Of a stretch of 64,000 nucleotides of DNA, positions 1 to 12,740 are shown one piece after another; the stretch's first letter is position 1, and each line of letters opens with the position of its first letter. The translations under genes were made by a program, and so were the position numbers. The notes beneath the pieces are model-generated. The model saw nothing but the letters and a program-made list of their open reading frames with translations, was not told where the DNA came from and ran no database searches. The stretch comes from Anolis carolinensis (lineage: Eukaryota): the NCBI RefSeq assembly GCF_035594765.1, contig NW_026943845.1:186001-250000 (forward strand), in the 5' to 3' direction.

Positions 1-2510
1 GACACATCCAAAGAGTAGAATGCATGTGGTGCAAGGCTATTTGATCCCTGGGATTTGTAGTTTTGCTCAGGGACACATCTGAACAGCAGAGTGCATGTGG
101 TGCAAGACTATTTGATCCCTGGGATTTGTAGTTTTGCTCAGGGACACATCCAAACAGTAGAATGCATGTGGTGCAAGGCTATTTGATCCCTGGGATTTGT
201 AGTTTTGCTAAGGGACACATCCAAACAGTAGAATGCATGTAGTGCAAGGCTATTTGATCCCTGGGATTTGTAGTTTTGCTAAGGGACACATCCAAACAGT
301 AGAATGCATGTAGTGCAAGGCTATTTGATCCCTGGGATTTGTAGTTTTGCTAAGGGACACATCCAAACAGTAGAATGCATGTGGTGCAAGACTATTTGAT
401 CCCTGGGATTTGTAGTTTTGCTCAGGGACACATCCAAACAGTAGAATGCATGTAGTGCAAGGCTATTTGATCCCTGGGATTTGTAGTTTTGCTAAGGGAC
501 ACATCCAAACAGTAGAATGCATGTAGTGCAAGGCTATTTGATCCCTGGGATTTGTAGTTTTGCTAAGGGACACATCCAAACAGTAGAATGCATGTGGTGC
601 AAGACTATTTGATCCCTGGGATTTGTAGTTTTGCTCAGGGACACATCCAAACAGTAGAATGCATGTAGTGCAAGGCTATTTGATCCCTGGGATTTGTAGT
701 TTTGCTAAGGGACACATCCAAACAGTAGAATGCATGTAGTGCAAGGCTATTTGATCCCTGGGATTTGTAGTTTTGCTCAGGGACACATCCAAACAGTAGA
801 ATGCATGTGGTGCAAGGCTATTTGATCCCTGGGATTTGTAGTTTTGCTCAGGGACACATCCAAACAGTAGAATGCATGTAGTGCAAGGCTATTTGATCCC
901 TGGGATTTGTAGTTTTGCTCAGGGACACATCTGAACAGCAGAGTGCATGTGGTGCAAGACTATTTGATCCCTGGGATTTGTAGTTTTGCTCAGGGACACA
1001 TCCAAACAGTAGAATGCATGCAGCACTAGGCAATAGGATCCCTGGGATTTGTAGTTTTGCTCAGGGACACATCTGAACAGCAGAGTGCATGTGGTGCAAG
1101 ACTATTTGATCCCTGGGATTTGTAGTTTTGCTCAGGGACACATCCAAACAGTAGAATGCATGCAGCACTAGGCAATAGGATCCCTGGGATTTGTAGTTTT
1201 GCTCAGGGACACATCTGCACAGCGTAATGCACAAAGCGTACACCTATTGGACTCCTGAGATTTGTAATTTTACTAAAGGACACATCTAAACAACAGAGTG
1301 CATGCAGTGCAAGGATGCCTTGGAATTATAGTTTTACCAAGGGAAACATTTGCATGGTGGAATTAATGCAGTGCAAGGCAATGGGATCCCTGGGATTAGT
1401 AGTTTTTCTAAGGGACACATCTAAACAACAGAGTGCATGTAGTGCAAGACTATTTGATCCCTGGGATTTGTAGTTTTGCTAAGGGACACAACTGCTCAGA
1501 GGGATGCATGCAATGCAAGGTTATTAGATCCCTTGGGATTATAGTTTTACTAAGGGAAACGTTTGCACAGTGGAATTAATGCAGCGCAAGGCGATAGAAT
1601 CCCTGGGATTTGTAGTTTTACTAAAGGATACATCTGAATAGTATTTATTTACATTTATTTACATCATTTTTACCCCACCTTTGTCCCCAGGGAATGCATG
1701 CAGCACAAGGCGATGGGATCCCTAGGATTTGTAGTTTTACTAAAGGATACATCCAAATAGCAGAATGCATGCAGCACAAGATGATAGGATCCCTGGGATT
1801 TGTAGTTTCACTCAGGACGCATCTGAATAGTAGAATGCATGCAGCGCAAGGCGATAGGATCCTTTGAAATTATAGTTTTACCAAGGGAAACATTTGTGCA
1901 GTGGAATTAATGCAGCGCAAGACAATGGGATCCCTGGGATTTGTAGTTTTACTAAAGGATACATCTGAATAGTAGAATGCATGCAGCACACGGCAATGTG
2001 ATCCCTGGGATTTGTAGTTTTACTAAGGGCACATCTGAACAGTAGAATGCATGCAGGACAAGGCGATGGGATCACAGGGATTTGTAGTTTTTCTAAAAGA
2101 TAAATCCAAATAGTAGAATGCGTGCAGCACAAGATGATAGCATCCCTGGGATTTGTAGTTTCACTAAGGGCGCATCTGAATAGTAGAATGCATGCAGTGC
2201 AGGGCTATTGGTTCCCTGGGATTTGTAGTTTTACTAAGGGACACATCCAAATAGAATGCGCGCAGAACAAGATGATAGGATCCCTGGGATTTGTAGTTTT
2301 ACTGAAGGACACATCAGAATAGTATAATGCATGCAGCGCAAGGCTATTGGATCCCTGGGATTTGTAGTTTTTCTAAAGGACACATCCAAATAGTAGAATG
2401 ACTGCAATGCAAGGCTATTGGATCCCTGGGATTTGTAGTTTTACTAAGGGACACATCTGTGCAGTGGAATTAATACAGGGCAAGGTGATAGGATCCCTGG
2501 GATGTGTAGT
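1..2510. repeat. 71-bp tandem minisatellite, ~35 copies, degenerating rightwards (ARHGEF1 intron)
   Basis: GACACATC recurs at 1, 72, 143 and onward; unit GGGATTTGTAGTTTTGCTAAGGGACACATCCAAACAGTAGAATGCATGTAGTGCAAGGCTATTTGATCCCT. Confidence 0.95.
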
Positions 2511-2671
2511 TTGCCAAGGCCTTTTGCCAAAGTACAACTCTCATCATCCCCTAGGCGTGAGCCTTGGAAATTCCAAGCGGAGCCCAACTGCATTTGTTCT
2601 GCAGTGCAGCAGATGCCCATTCAGAGTGGGATCGAAGTGCTATAAGCGTGCGGTGCGGACGCTCCACTCAC

Positions 2672-2755
2672 GGGCTCAATGTCGTTTTCGAAATCCTCGT
2701 CTTCGGCGCCAATGATGGCCATGGCGGACCCGCTCCGGGCAGAAAGCGCCGGGTT
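2672..2755 (-). CDS. ARHGEF1: Rho guanine nucleotide exchange factor 1 (p115RhoGEF), second coding exon
   Basis: 84-nt phase 0/0 exon NPALSARSGSAMAIIGAEDEDFENDIEP; pyrimidine tract + CAG acceptor (AG at 2757-2756); GTGAGT donor (2671-2666). IIGAEDEDFEN is the acidic motif preceding the rgRGS domain of ARHGEF1; CD79A is a neighbour, as in mammals. Confidence 0.9.
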
Positions 2756-2887
2756 CTGTGCGGGAGAAAAGGAGAGAACCACCATCACTTCCTCAAAGCG
2801 AGACAGACCCCCAAAACGGCCCCCTAAAGCTATGTTTCTTTTTATTTCCACTCCATTTCTAGGATTCTGGTTTGTTTGGTTTTTTTG

Positions 2888-3135
2888 TGTCAGGAGCGAC
2901 TTGAGTGTGAGAGAATTGGCCATCTGCAAGGACGTTGCCCAGGGAACACTGCCTGGATGTATTTGATGTTCATCATGCTATGGGAGGCTTCTCTCATGTC
3001 CCCACATGGAGCTGGAGCTGAGAGGGGGAGCTCATCCACACTCTGCCCGGGTTGGATTTGAACCTGGCAGCCTTCAGGTCAGCAACCCAACCTACAAATC
3101 ACAAGGCTGTAACCCACTGCGCCACCAGGGGCTCC
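2888..3135 (+). mobile_element. SINE-like element sharing its 3' tail with the Sauria-type SINE
   Basis: 3' part GGATTTGAACCTGGCAGCCTTC...CACTGCGCCACCAGGGG resembles the tail at 49207-49280. Confidence 0.55.
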
Positions 3136-3444
3136 TCTAGGATTCTGTGATAAGGGAAATACATCAAGTTGCGTTAGAGTTTGCATGGCCATCTGTCGGA
3201 AGAGCCTGGACTGAGTCTTCCTTTTTGGCAGACGGGGGTCAGGCTGGATGGCCTCTGGGGGTCCCTTCCAACTCTAGGATTCGATTATTCTCATCACCAC
3301 CACCTTGGAGGAGGGTGGCATCTCCTTCTCTGGAGGCTTTTAAGCTGAGGCTGGATGGCCATCTGTCAGGAGGGCTTTGATGGCACCTCCTATTATGGGG
3401 AAGAGGACTGGACTAGATGGCCTTTGGGGATCCATTATCAAAAG

Positions 3445-3903
3445 TCAGTGTTTGTATGTATGTTTGTATGCGAGTATGTGCCAGCTTTCTGATTGGCCGC
3501 CACTTACATGGACAACTACGACCGCCATGAATGACGGATCTGGACCAAACTCGACACACTTAATCCCCATGATGCACTTTACGCCCTGGTGCCGTTTGCG
3601 GGATGATTGACTGTGGGTGATGGGATTTGTAGTACTTTCAGTCGCTACGGCTCCCACAGGCCACTGCGATGTCCACCAGTGACAGAACTGAACCAAACCT
3701 GGCCCACAGAACCCCCATGAACCCCTTTCCGTCCTGGGGCAGATTGGGGGAGGATGGACCAAGGAGCTTCACTCACTTCTTGCTCTGGGAGTTGTAGTTC
3801 ACCCTTATACAGACACCACTGAACCCAGCCCACTTCGGATATGGACCAAACTTAGCACACAGGTTTCTCAAAAGACCCGGGCACCGCCGGGTCCGCAAGC
3901 TAG
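3445..3903 (+). mobile_element. non-autonomous Helitron-like element (5' end approximate)
   Basis: ends in hairpin GACCCGG-GCACCG-CCGGGTC followed by CTAG then T, the canonical Helitron 3' end. Confidence 0.6.
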
Positions 3904-4059
3904 TTATATTATAAATACGGAGTAAAGGAAACTGACCACTCTCTCTTCAGAGAAACGGGTGAGCAAATTGAAAGGGAGACCCAAAGGTCATCTAGTCCAA
4001 ACTCCCAACCCACAACCCTTCTGTCTCAGTTGTACTGCAACTCCCATCACGCCTTTACA

Positions 4060-4564
4060 GCCCTGCGTTTCCAAACAATGCCCTCAAACTGGCTAGAAGG
4101 GAGATACAGAGGGATCCCTCATGCCCAAAGGCTTTGCATTTGTGGCGCCGGGGAAAAAGAAGATCTAACTCACTATCTATTGCACTGCCCTTTGTATAAT
4201 GACCCCAGAAAAAATCTCCTGGGAACACTCCTTGAAGAAAGGGCAGCATGGCAAGAACCTGCCGTGATTGGTGCCTTACTAGCAGATTATGATAAAAATA
4301 TAACACTAAAAGTAGCCACATTTGCAATCGCTGCCCAAAAGATCAGAGATAGAGTAGCAAAAACCTCGCCGGAGACCAGATAGGAAAAGGGAGATGGTTA
4401 AGGAGGTCACAGACTAGACGCTGTTATTGCTAGGTTTCTGCCAGCAAAATTTTAAAGTACTAGTTTTTAAATCTTGAACGGGTTTTGCTTTACATTGGAA
4501 TGTGTTTATAAAGGTTGTATGTTATTGATGTCATGGCCTATGGCTAGTGCAATAAACTTTATTG
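4060..4564 (+). mobile_element. 5'-truncated non-LTR retrotransposon 3' end (clade uncertain, RTE-X-like)
   Basis: ORF remnant with zinc knuckle RLCICG...EDLTHYLLHCPLY, AATAAA near the end, flanked by 21-bp direct repeat AACTCCCATCACGCCTTTACA (4039-4059, 4565-4585). Confidence 0.75.
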
Positions 4565-4654
4565 AACTCCCATCACGCCTTTACATCGCGATCCATGCTT
4601 TCCCCATTGGATCTTCCCCTTGCAAACTATGATTCCTGCTCCAGAAATACTCAC

Positions 4655-4681
4655 CCCATTGAAGCCTTCCTCCAGCTCCAT
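4655..4681 (-). CDS. ARHGEF1: ARHGEF1 first coding segment MELEEGFNG (exon 4770-4655)
   Basis: ATG in strong context AGG-ATG-G, GTGAGT donor at 4654-4649, phase 0 matching the next exon; acceptor TTTTCCTCGCGTCCAG ending at 4771; analogous to the short start exon of mammalian ARHGEF1. Confidence 0.75.
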
Positions 4682-4834
4682 CCTCCTTCGGGGCTTTTGG
4701 GGGGACGGGACCCCCAGGAATGCGGTCACGAGCCCCACGGGCCCCCAAAGGGTGGGATCAGGCCTTCAACCTGGACGCGAGGAAAAGGCAGGGAATTAGC
4801 CGCCTCCAAGTCAAGGGCTGCCGTGAAAAGTTAC

Positions 4835-5380
4835 TCTGGGAAAGTTTGGAAAATTTTTGAAAAGTTTGAGAAATTTTGGGAATTTATTGGAAAGTTTGAG
4901 AAGCTTTGGAAATGTTTGGAAGTCTGGAAAAGTTTGGGAAAGTTTGAAAAAAATTGGGAAAGTTTGAGAAAGTTTGGGAAAGTTTGAAAAAATTGACAAA
5001 TTGAAAAGGTTTAGGAAAGTTTATTTTGGGAAAGTCTGGAAATATTTTGAAGAAGTTAGCAAAAGTTTGAAAAAATTGAGAAAGTTTGGGAAAGTTTGAA
5101 AAAATGGAAAAAGTTTAGGAAAATTTAGTTTGGGAAAGTTTGGAAAAATCTGGAAAATTTTGAAAAAGTTTGAAAAAATTGAGAAAGTATGGGAAAGTTT
5201 GAAAAAATTGAAAAGGTTTAGGAAAGTTTAGTTTGGGAAAGTTTGGGAAAGTCTGGAAATTTTTGAAAAAGTTTGGAAAATTTTGAAAAAATTGAGCAAG
5301 TTTGGAAAAGTTTGAAAAAAATTGAAAAAGTGAAAAGTTTAGGAAAGTTTAGTTTGGGAAAGTTTTGAAAAGTCTGGAAA
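4835..5380. repeat. degenerate 10-bp tandem repeat (GGAAAGTTTG/GAAAAATTTG)
   Basis: visible 10-nt periodicity. Confidence 0.85.
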
Positions 5381-5414
5381 AAGGACCAGAATAGCCAAGT
5401 TTTTGGGGGAACAA

Positions 5415-5464
<50 letters not shown>

Positions 5465-5691
5465 CAACAATAATAACAATAATAATAATATAACAATAGT
5501 GATGATGTAGTAATCATAATAATGTATTGCAGACACTGTAATTCGCAACTGATTTCTCCCCGAAAACCAAGATTTTCTTTCCCCCTTCTAATTATTAATT
5601 CTAATCCAGATACTGTAATTCATAATCATTCAAAATAACCAGCAGTGAAAAAAGAAGAGCATAAACAAAAGGAAGGAAAAGATATATAATA

Positions 5692-6014
5692 CAGTAGAGT
5701 CTCACTTATCCAAGCCTCGTTTATTCAAGCTTCTGGATAATCCAAGCCATTTTTGTAGTCAATGTTTTCAATATATCGTAATATTTTGGTGCTAAATTCG
5801 TAAATACAGTAATTACAACATAACATTACTACGTATCGAACTACTTTTTCTGTCAAATTTGTTGTATAACATGATGTTTTGGTGCTTAATTTATAAACTC
5901 ATAACCTAATTTGATGTTTAATAGGCTTTTCCTTCATCCCTCCTTATTATCCAAGATATTTGCTTATCCAAGCTTCAGCCGGCCCGTTTAGCTTGGATAA
6001 GTGAGACTCTACTG
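5692..6014. mobile_element. Tc1/mariner-type MITE
   Basis: TIR CAGTAGAGTCTCACTTATCCAA at both ends with TA flanks; same family at 8234-8553, 9355-9665 (partial), 21626-21945, 24007-24420, 32951-33273. Confidence 0.9.
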
Positions 6015-6022
6015 TATATATG

Positions 6023-6073
<51 letters not shown>

Positions 6074-6522
6074 GTGAGTTTTCACAGTAACATTGTATTA
6101 TTATGAATTCTGAGTCTTGCAAAAAACAATGTTTCCTTTTTCTTCCTTCCTCTGTTCATTGTTTTTAGTGCAGACGCTCTAATTGCAACCAAAGTAACCA
6201 ACATGCAAAAAAGAGGAAAAAGTATATAAACAACGACGAAAAAAGGAAGAAAAGGTTGCAGTACAGATATAATGATACATTTATATATATTATGCATAGT
6301 AAACTTTGCAAGCAACACTGCAACAGTTCAAATCAAACAATTATATATAGCCGGCTTGGTTTGTTTTCCTTGGATCGTGCATGAAGCCTGTCTCCATTGC
6401 AAAACATAAGTGAAAAGTAAGGGCCCTGCTGGACTACAAATCCCATCATGCTTCACCACTGGCTGACTGGGGCTAATGGGAGATGGGACCCAATATGTAG
6501 AGCAGATGTTTCACAGAATAGC

Positions 6523-6557
<35 letters not shown>

Positions 6558-6559
<2 letters not shown>

Positions 6560-6790
6560 TGTTGTCGAAGGCTTTCATAGCTGGGATCACAGGGTTGTTG
6601 TATGTCTTCCAAGCTGTCTAGCCATGTTCCAGAAGCATTCTCTCCTGACGTTTCGCCCACATTTAAGGCAGGCATCCTCAGTGGTTGTGAGGTAACAACC
6701 TCTGAGGATGCCTGCCATAGATGTGGGCGAAACATCAGGAGAGAATGCTTCAGGAACATGGCCAGACAGCTTAGAAGACATACAACAACC
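6558..6790. mobile_element. Penelope-like element terminal repeat in inverted arrangement, inside a (TAA)n tract
   Basis: ~100-bp arms in inverted orientation, each with a CTGAGGA...GAAAC hammerhead core; related fragments at 9972-10040 and 45735-45800. Confidence 0.75.
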
Positions 6791-6791
6791 C

Positions 6792-6832
<41 letters not shown>

Positions 6833-8067
6833 ATTATTAATTAATGTGAGGGTCCACAAATTCATAAAGCCACGACAGCATTGTGCATGGGTCCCCCAAA
6901 GGCCATCCAGTCTGGCCCCATTTCCTACTAGGCGGGGAGACACACTCAGCCAAAACCCTCCCGACAGATGGCCAACCGATGTCTGAAGATCTCCCCAAAA
7001 AAGCAAAGTTTGCCATTCTTTTGAGACAGTACATCCCATTGGATATGGAGAATAATAATAATAATAATAATAATACTTTATTTCTAGACAGCCCTCTCTC
7101 CCCAGAGGGACTCAGAGCAGTTAAAATAAATATAAATGGCAAAGATTCAATGCAACAACTACTTCACTAATATATCTAAAGTATAAAATGACAATAACCT
7201 ACTCATTATAATAAAAATTCCAAATTTGAAAAAAAAACCAATAAATTTAAACATGACACTCAGCAAAAATATTACACAGAGCAAGCTTATACCTGGACCC
7301 AATTAAATGACCAAGTTGTAGAAAATGTTCAGTATTTGTAGTAGTTTCACTAGCCCAACCTATTTCTACCTGGCCAGAAGACACAACCAAAGCTCTCCTG
7401 ACAGATGGCCAACCAGGCAATGTTAGATGTGGAGGGCACCCCAAAGGCCATCTAGACCAACCCTTTCTAAATGAAAGATGGACCATTTCGAAGCCTCCAA
7501 AGAAGGCAAACAGCGAAGCCTTTATCCCAAGCTTCCTTCTCCAGACTTTGCAAAAAAATGTTTGTTTTTCCAGGTAGAGGTACAGGAGGCCTTTGTGCCC
7601 CAAAGAGGTGGAGAAGGCTTTGCGGAAAACAGAGAGCGGCATTCAGTGGGTCGGTCGGTGAATTTGTTATTACTCAGAAGTTCCTTCCTGATGCAAAAAG
7701 GAGGAGGACAAAGAGGCCCCTGAGCCTGAATCACACAGAAAGACTGGCACCCAAGCGGCGGCCACGGAAAGCAAGGCGGGCCAACGTGCAATTGCAACAA
7801 CGCCCCGTTTTTTGCATTTTGCAAAACAAGCGACACATGCAAACCGAGGGGAATGAATCCCTGGACTGTTGGGGTTTTCACATTATTATTATTATTATTA
7901 TTGCTGGTTCTCTTCCAAAATGCCCCGTTCCTTTCCACACTTTCTAAGCCTTTCTCACATCATGCTTAGCATTTGCAGTTTGCAAATATACCTGGAGTTT
8001 GCAAATATTTTACACTGCCGAACAATCGTTGGTAGTAGGTTTGGGATAAAGGCCATGATTTGAATTA

Positions 8068-9345
8068 CTGTATATACTCAAGTATAAGCCTAGTTTTTCA
8101 GCCCTTTTTTTTAAGTCTGAAAAAGCCCCCCTCGGCTTATACTCGGGTGAGGGTCCTGGTTGGCTTATATTTGGGTCAGCTTATACTAGAGAATATATGG
8201 TATATTTATTATTTTCCTCTATTATTGGTATTACAGTAGAGTCTCACTTATCCAACACTCACTTATCCAACATTCTGGATTATCCAACGTATTTTTGTAG
8301 TCAATGTTTTCAAAACATGATATTTTGGTGCTAAATTCGTAAATACAGTAATTACAACATAACATTACTGTGTATTGAACTACTTTTTCTGCCAAATCTG
8401 TTGTATAACATGATGTTTTGGTGCTTAATTTGTAAAATCATAACCTAATTTGAATTTTAATAGGCTTCTCCTTAATCTCTCCTTATTATCCAACATATTC
8501 GCTTATCCAACGTTCTGTCGGCCCATTTATGTTGGATAAGTGAGACTCTACTGTATTACATTTATTATTTTTCTCTATTATTATTGGTATTATTACATTT
8601 ATTATTTTTCTCTATTATTGTTGCTACTATTACATTTATTTTACTCTATTTTTTATTATTAATACATTTATTATTTCACTCTGATCTTATTATTATTATT
8701 ATTATTGCATTTATTATTTTACTCTATTTATTATTACGTGTCTTTTTTAAGACTGAAAAAGCCCCCCTCGGCTTATACTCGAGTGAGGGTCCTAGTTGGC
8801 GTATATTTGGGTCAGCTTATACTCGAGAATATATGGTACATTTATTATTTTTCTCTATTATTATTGGTATTATTACATTTATTATATTTCTCTATTATTA
8901 TTGGTATTATTACATTTATTATTTTTCTCTATTGTTGCTACTATTACATTTATTTTACTCTATTTTTTATTATTAATACATTTATTACTTCACTCTGATC
9001 TTATTATTATTATTGCATTTATTATTTTACTATATTTATTATTACATGTATTATTTTACTCTATTATTATCAAAAGGATACATAAGTGCATTTACATTGA
9101 AGAAGATGAGAATCATGATTTGATCAGAGTTGGAGAGTCTTATCTTAAATTTGAACTTTATGTAAATATTCAAAAACATTGAACCTACTGATGCCTCAAT
9201 TAATGTAATTTTATTGGTATCTATTTCTATTTCTGAAATTTACCACCCTCGGCTTATACTGGAGTCAAGGTTTTCCCAGTTTTTTTGTGGTGAAATGAGG
9301 TGCCTCGGCTTATATTCGGGTCGGCTTATACTCGAGTATATATGG
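8068..9345. mobile_element. pogo/Tigger-like non-autonomous DNA transposon with nested mariner MITE (8234-8553)
   Basis: termini C(T/C)GTATATACTC(G/A)AGTATAAGCC / GGCTTATACTCGAGTATATATGG with TA flanks; family also at 12960-13275, 22420-23647, 26964-28209, 51360-53051. Confidence 0.75.
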
Positions 9346-9997
9346 TATTATTATTACACTTATCCAATATTTGCTTATCCAACATTCTGGATTATCCAAT
9401 GGATTTTTGTAGTCAATGTTTTCAATATATTGTGATATTTTGGTGCTAAATTCGTAAATACAGTAATTTTTACATAGCATTATTGCGTATTGATCTACTT
9501 TTTCTGTCCAATTTGTTGTGTAACATGATGTTTTGGTGCTTAATTTGTAAAATCATAACCTAATTTGATGTTTAATAGGCTTTTCCCTAATCTCTCCTTA
9601 TTATCCAACATATTCGCTTATCCAACATTCTGCTAGCCCGTTTATGTTGGATAAGTGAGACTCTATTATTATGTAGTTTGGAAAACAAATGGCAAAGCAT
9701 TGGAACTCTTGCAATCTTTGAGATCGTATCGTTTATCGTGTCAGAAGCAAATTGAGAATACAGTTATAATGCATAGAAAAACCACAAACAAAGTTTAAAA
9801 ACTTGGCATTCAGCTAAATGTCTGGCTCACATAGTTGTGCCTCTGCTTGTAGTCTGTCTGTGCGATTTTCTTACAGCAGCTGAGGATAGGATCCATGGTT
9901 TTGTCGGTTTCCTTGCACAGTCTGCATTTTGGGTCATCAGCTGATTTTTCGATCGTGGCCTGAATTGCTGCCTGGCCATGTTCCGGAAGCATTCTCT

Positions 9998-10038
9998 CCT
10001 GACGTTTCGCCCACATCAGTGGCAGGCATCCTCAGAGG
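9998..10038 (-). ncRNA. minimal type I hammerhead ribozyme motif (Penelope-derived)
   Basis: minus strand CCT-CTGAGGA-TGCCTGCCACTGATGTGGGC-GAAA-CGTC-AGG: core boxes, stem II GCCTGC/GTGGGC, stem I CCT/AGG, GUC cleavage triplet, ACGT palindrome in place of stem III. Confidence 0.65.
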
Positions 10039-10115
10039 ATGCCAGCCAGAAATGTGGGTGAAACTATAGATATGTATATGTGTATATATCCCTCCCGACA
10101 GATGGCCATCTCGCC

Positions 10116-10249
10116 CAGGTATGGGCAAACTTGGGCCCTCCAGGTGTTTTGGACTGCAACTCCCACAATTCCTAACAGCCGGTAGGCTGTTAGGAATTGT
10201 GGGAGTTGCAGTCCAAAACACCTGGAGGGCCCAAGTTTGCCCATACCTG
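10116..10249. mobile_element. near-perfect palindromic hAT-like MITE
   Basis: CAGGTATGGGCAAACTTGGGCCC...GGGCCCAAGTTTGCCCATACCTG; related copy at 36752-36873. Confidence 0.75.
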
Positions 10250-10529
10250 GGCTAGCCTCCGAGTTGGAAGGTCATCTAGTCTATTAGGGAAGACACCATC
10301 CGATCCCTCCCGACAGATGGTCATCCAGCCATAGATATGAGAGGTAGATAGACAGATACACTATATTCTATGATGAAATCCTAGAGTTGGAAGGGACCCC
10401 CAAAGGCCATCCAGTCCAACCCTCTTTTGCCATCAAGGAAGTCACAATCTGATCCCTCCCGACAGAGGTCCATCTAGCCTCATATGCAATAACGGAGGGC
10501 AATACCTGCTATGAATGTTAACTAACATG

Positions 10530-12740
10530 CTTGAAATATTGCAATGTCGGCTACGTATATGAATAGACGTCCTTGCAATATTGCAATGTCTGCTATGCAT
10601 ACAAATAGACATGTTTGCAATACTGCAATATCTGCCATGCATGCTAACAGAACATGCTGGCAATCTTGCAATGTCTGCTGTGCATACAAATACATGCTTG
10701 CAATATTGCAATATCTGCTCTGCATGCGAATAGACAGAGTTGCAATATTGCAGTGTCTGATGTGCATACAAAGACACGCCTGCAATATTGCAATATCTGC
10801 TATGCATGCTAACAGAACATGCTTGCAATATTACAATATCTGCTTTGCATATGAATAAACACGCTTGCAGTATTGCAACACGCTTGCAATATTGCAATGT
10901 CTGCTTTGCATATGAATACATGTTTGCAATACTGCAATGTCTGCTCTGCATGCGAATAGACATGCTTGCAATATTGCAATGTCTGCTTTGCATATGAAAA
11001 CATGTTTGCAATGTCTGCTCCGTATGCAAATAGACACGCTTGCAATGTCGCAATGTCTGCTTTGCATATGAATACATGTTTGCAATACTGCAATATCTGC
11101 TCTGCATGCGAATAGACATGCTTGCAATATTGCAATGTCTGCTTTGCATATGAAAACATGTTTGCAATATTGCAATATCTGCTCTGCATGCGAATAGACA
11201 CACTTGCAATATTGCAATGTCTGCTTTGCATATGAATACATGTTTGCAATATTGCAATGTCTGCTTTGCATGAGAATAGACACACTTGCCATATTGCAAT
11301 GTCTGCTCTGCATGCGAATAGCCACGCTTGCAATATAGCAATGTCTGCTCTGCATGCGAATAGACACACTTGCAATATTGCAATGTCTGCTCTGCATGCG
11401 AATAGACACGCTTGCAATATTGCAATGTCTGCTTTGCATATGAATACATGTTTGCAATACTGCAATGTCTGCTCTGCATGCGAATAGACATGCTTGCAAT
11501 ATTGCAATGTCTGCTTTGCATATGAAAACATGTTTGCAATGTCTGCTCCGTATGCAAATAGACACGCTTGCAATGTCGCAATGTCTGCTTTGCATATGAA
11601 TACATGTTTACAATATTGCAATGTCTGCTCTGCACGCGAATAGACACACTTGCAATATCGCAATGTCTGCTCTGCATGCGAAGACATGTTTGCAATATTG
11701 CAATATCTGCTCTGCATGCGAATAGACACACTTGCAATATTGCAATGTCTGCTTTGCATATGAATACATGTTTGCAATATTGCAATGTCTGCTCTGCATG
11801 AGAATAGACACACTTGCAATATTGCAATGTCTGCTCTGCATGCGAATAGCCACGCTTGCAATATTGCAATGTCTGCTCTGCACGCGAATAGACACACTTG
11901 CAATATCGCAATGTCTGCTCTGCATGCGAAGACATGTTTGCAATATTGCAATGTCTGCTCTGCATGAGAATAGACACGCTTGCAATATTGCAATGTCTGC
12001 TCTGCATGCGAATAGCCACGCTTGCAATATTGCAATGTCTGCTCTGCACGCGAATAGACACACTTGCAATATCGCAATGTCTGCTCTGCATGCGAAGACA
12101 TGTTTGCAATATTGCAATGTCTGCTCTGCATGAGAATAGACACACTTGCAATATTGCAATGTCTGCTCTGCATGCGAATAGCCACGCTTGCAATATTGCA
12201 ATGTCTGCTCTGCACGCGAATAGACACACTTGCAATATCGCAATGTCTGCTCTGCATGCGAATAGACACGCTTGCAATATCGCAATGTCTGCTTTGCATA
12301 TGAATACATGTTTGCAATATTGCAATGTCTGCTCTGCATGAGAATAGACACGCTTGCAATATCGCAATGTCTGCTCTGCATGCGAAGACATGCTTGCAAT
12401 ATCGCAATGTCTGCTCTGCATGCGAATAGACACGCTTGCAATATCGCAATGTCTGCTTTGCATATGAATACATGTTTGCAATATTGCAATGTCTGCTCTG
12501 CATGCGAATAGCCACGCTTGCAATATTGCAATGTCTGCTCTGTATGCGAAGACATGCTTGCAATATTGCAATGTCTGCTCTGCATGCGAATAGACACGCT
12601 TGCAATATTGCAATGTCTGCTCTGCATGCGAATACATATTTGCAATATTGCAATGTCTGCTCTGCATACTAACAGACATCCGTGCAATACTGCAATGTCT
12701 GCAATGCACACAAATAGACAGGCTTGCAATATTGCAATGT
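10530..12740. repeat. 40-42-bp tandem minisatellite, ~50 copies
   Basis: unit TTGCAATATTGCAATGTCTGCTCTGCATGCGAATAGACACGC; explains the long Cys-rich repetitive ORFs. Confidence 0.95.

Noticed and set aside
2672-2755. ARHGEF11 or ARHGEF12 instead of ARHGEF1
   Set aside because: The motif lies within the first ~40 residues (no upstream PDZ exons) and CD79A linkage favours ARHGEF1.
7247-7947. Overlapping 130-160-aa ORFs in unique sequence
   Set aside because: No recognisable domain or convincing exon boundaries; may be regulatory but this is unsupported.
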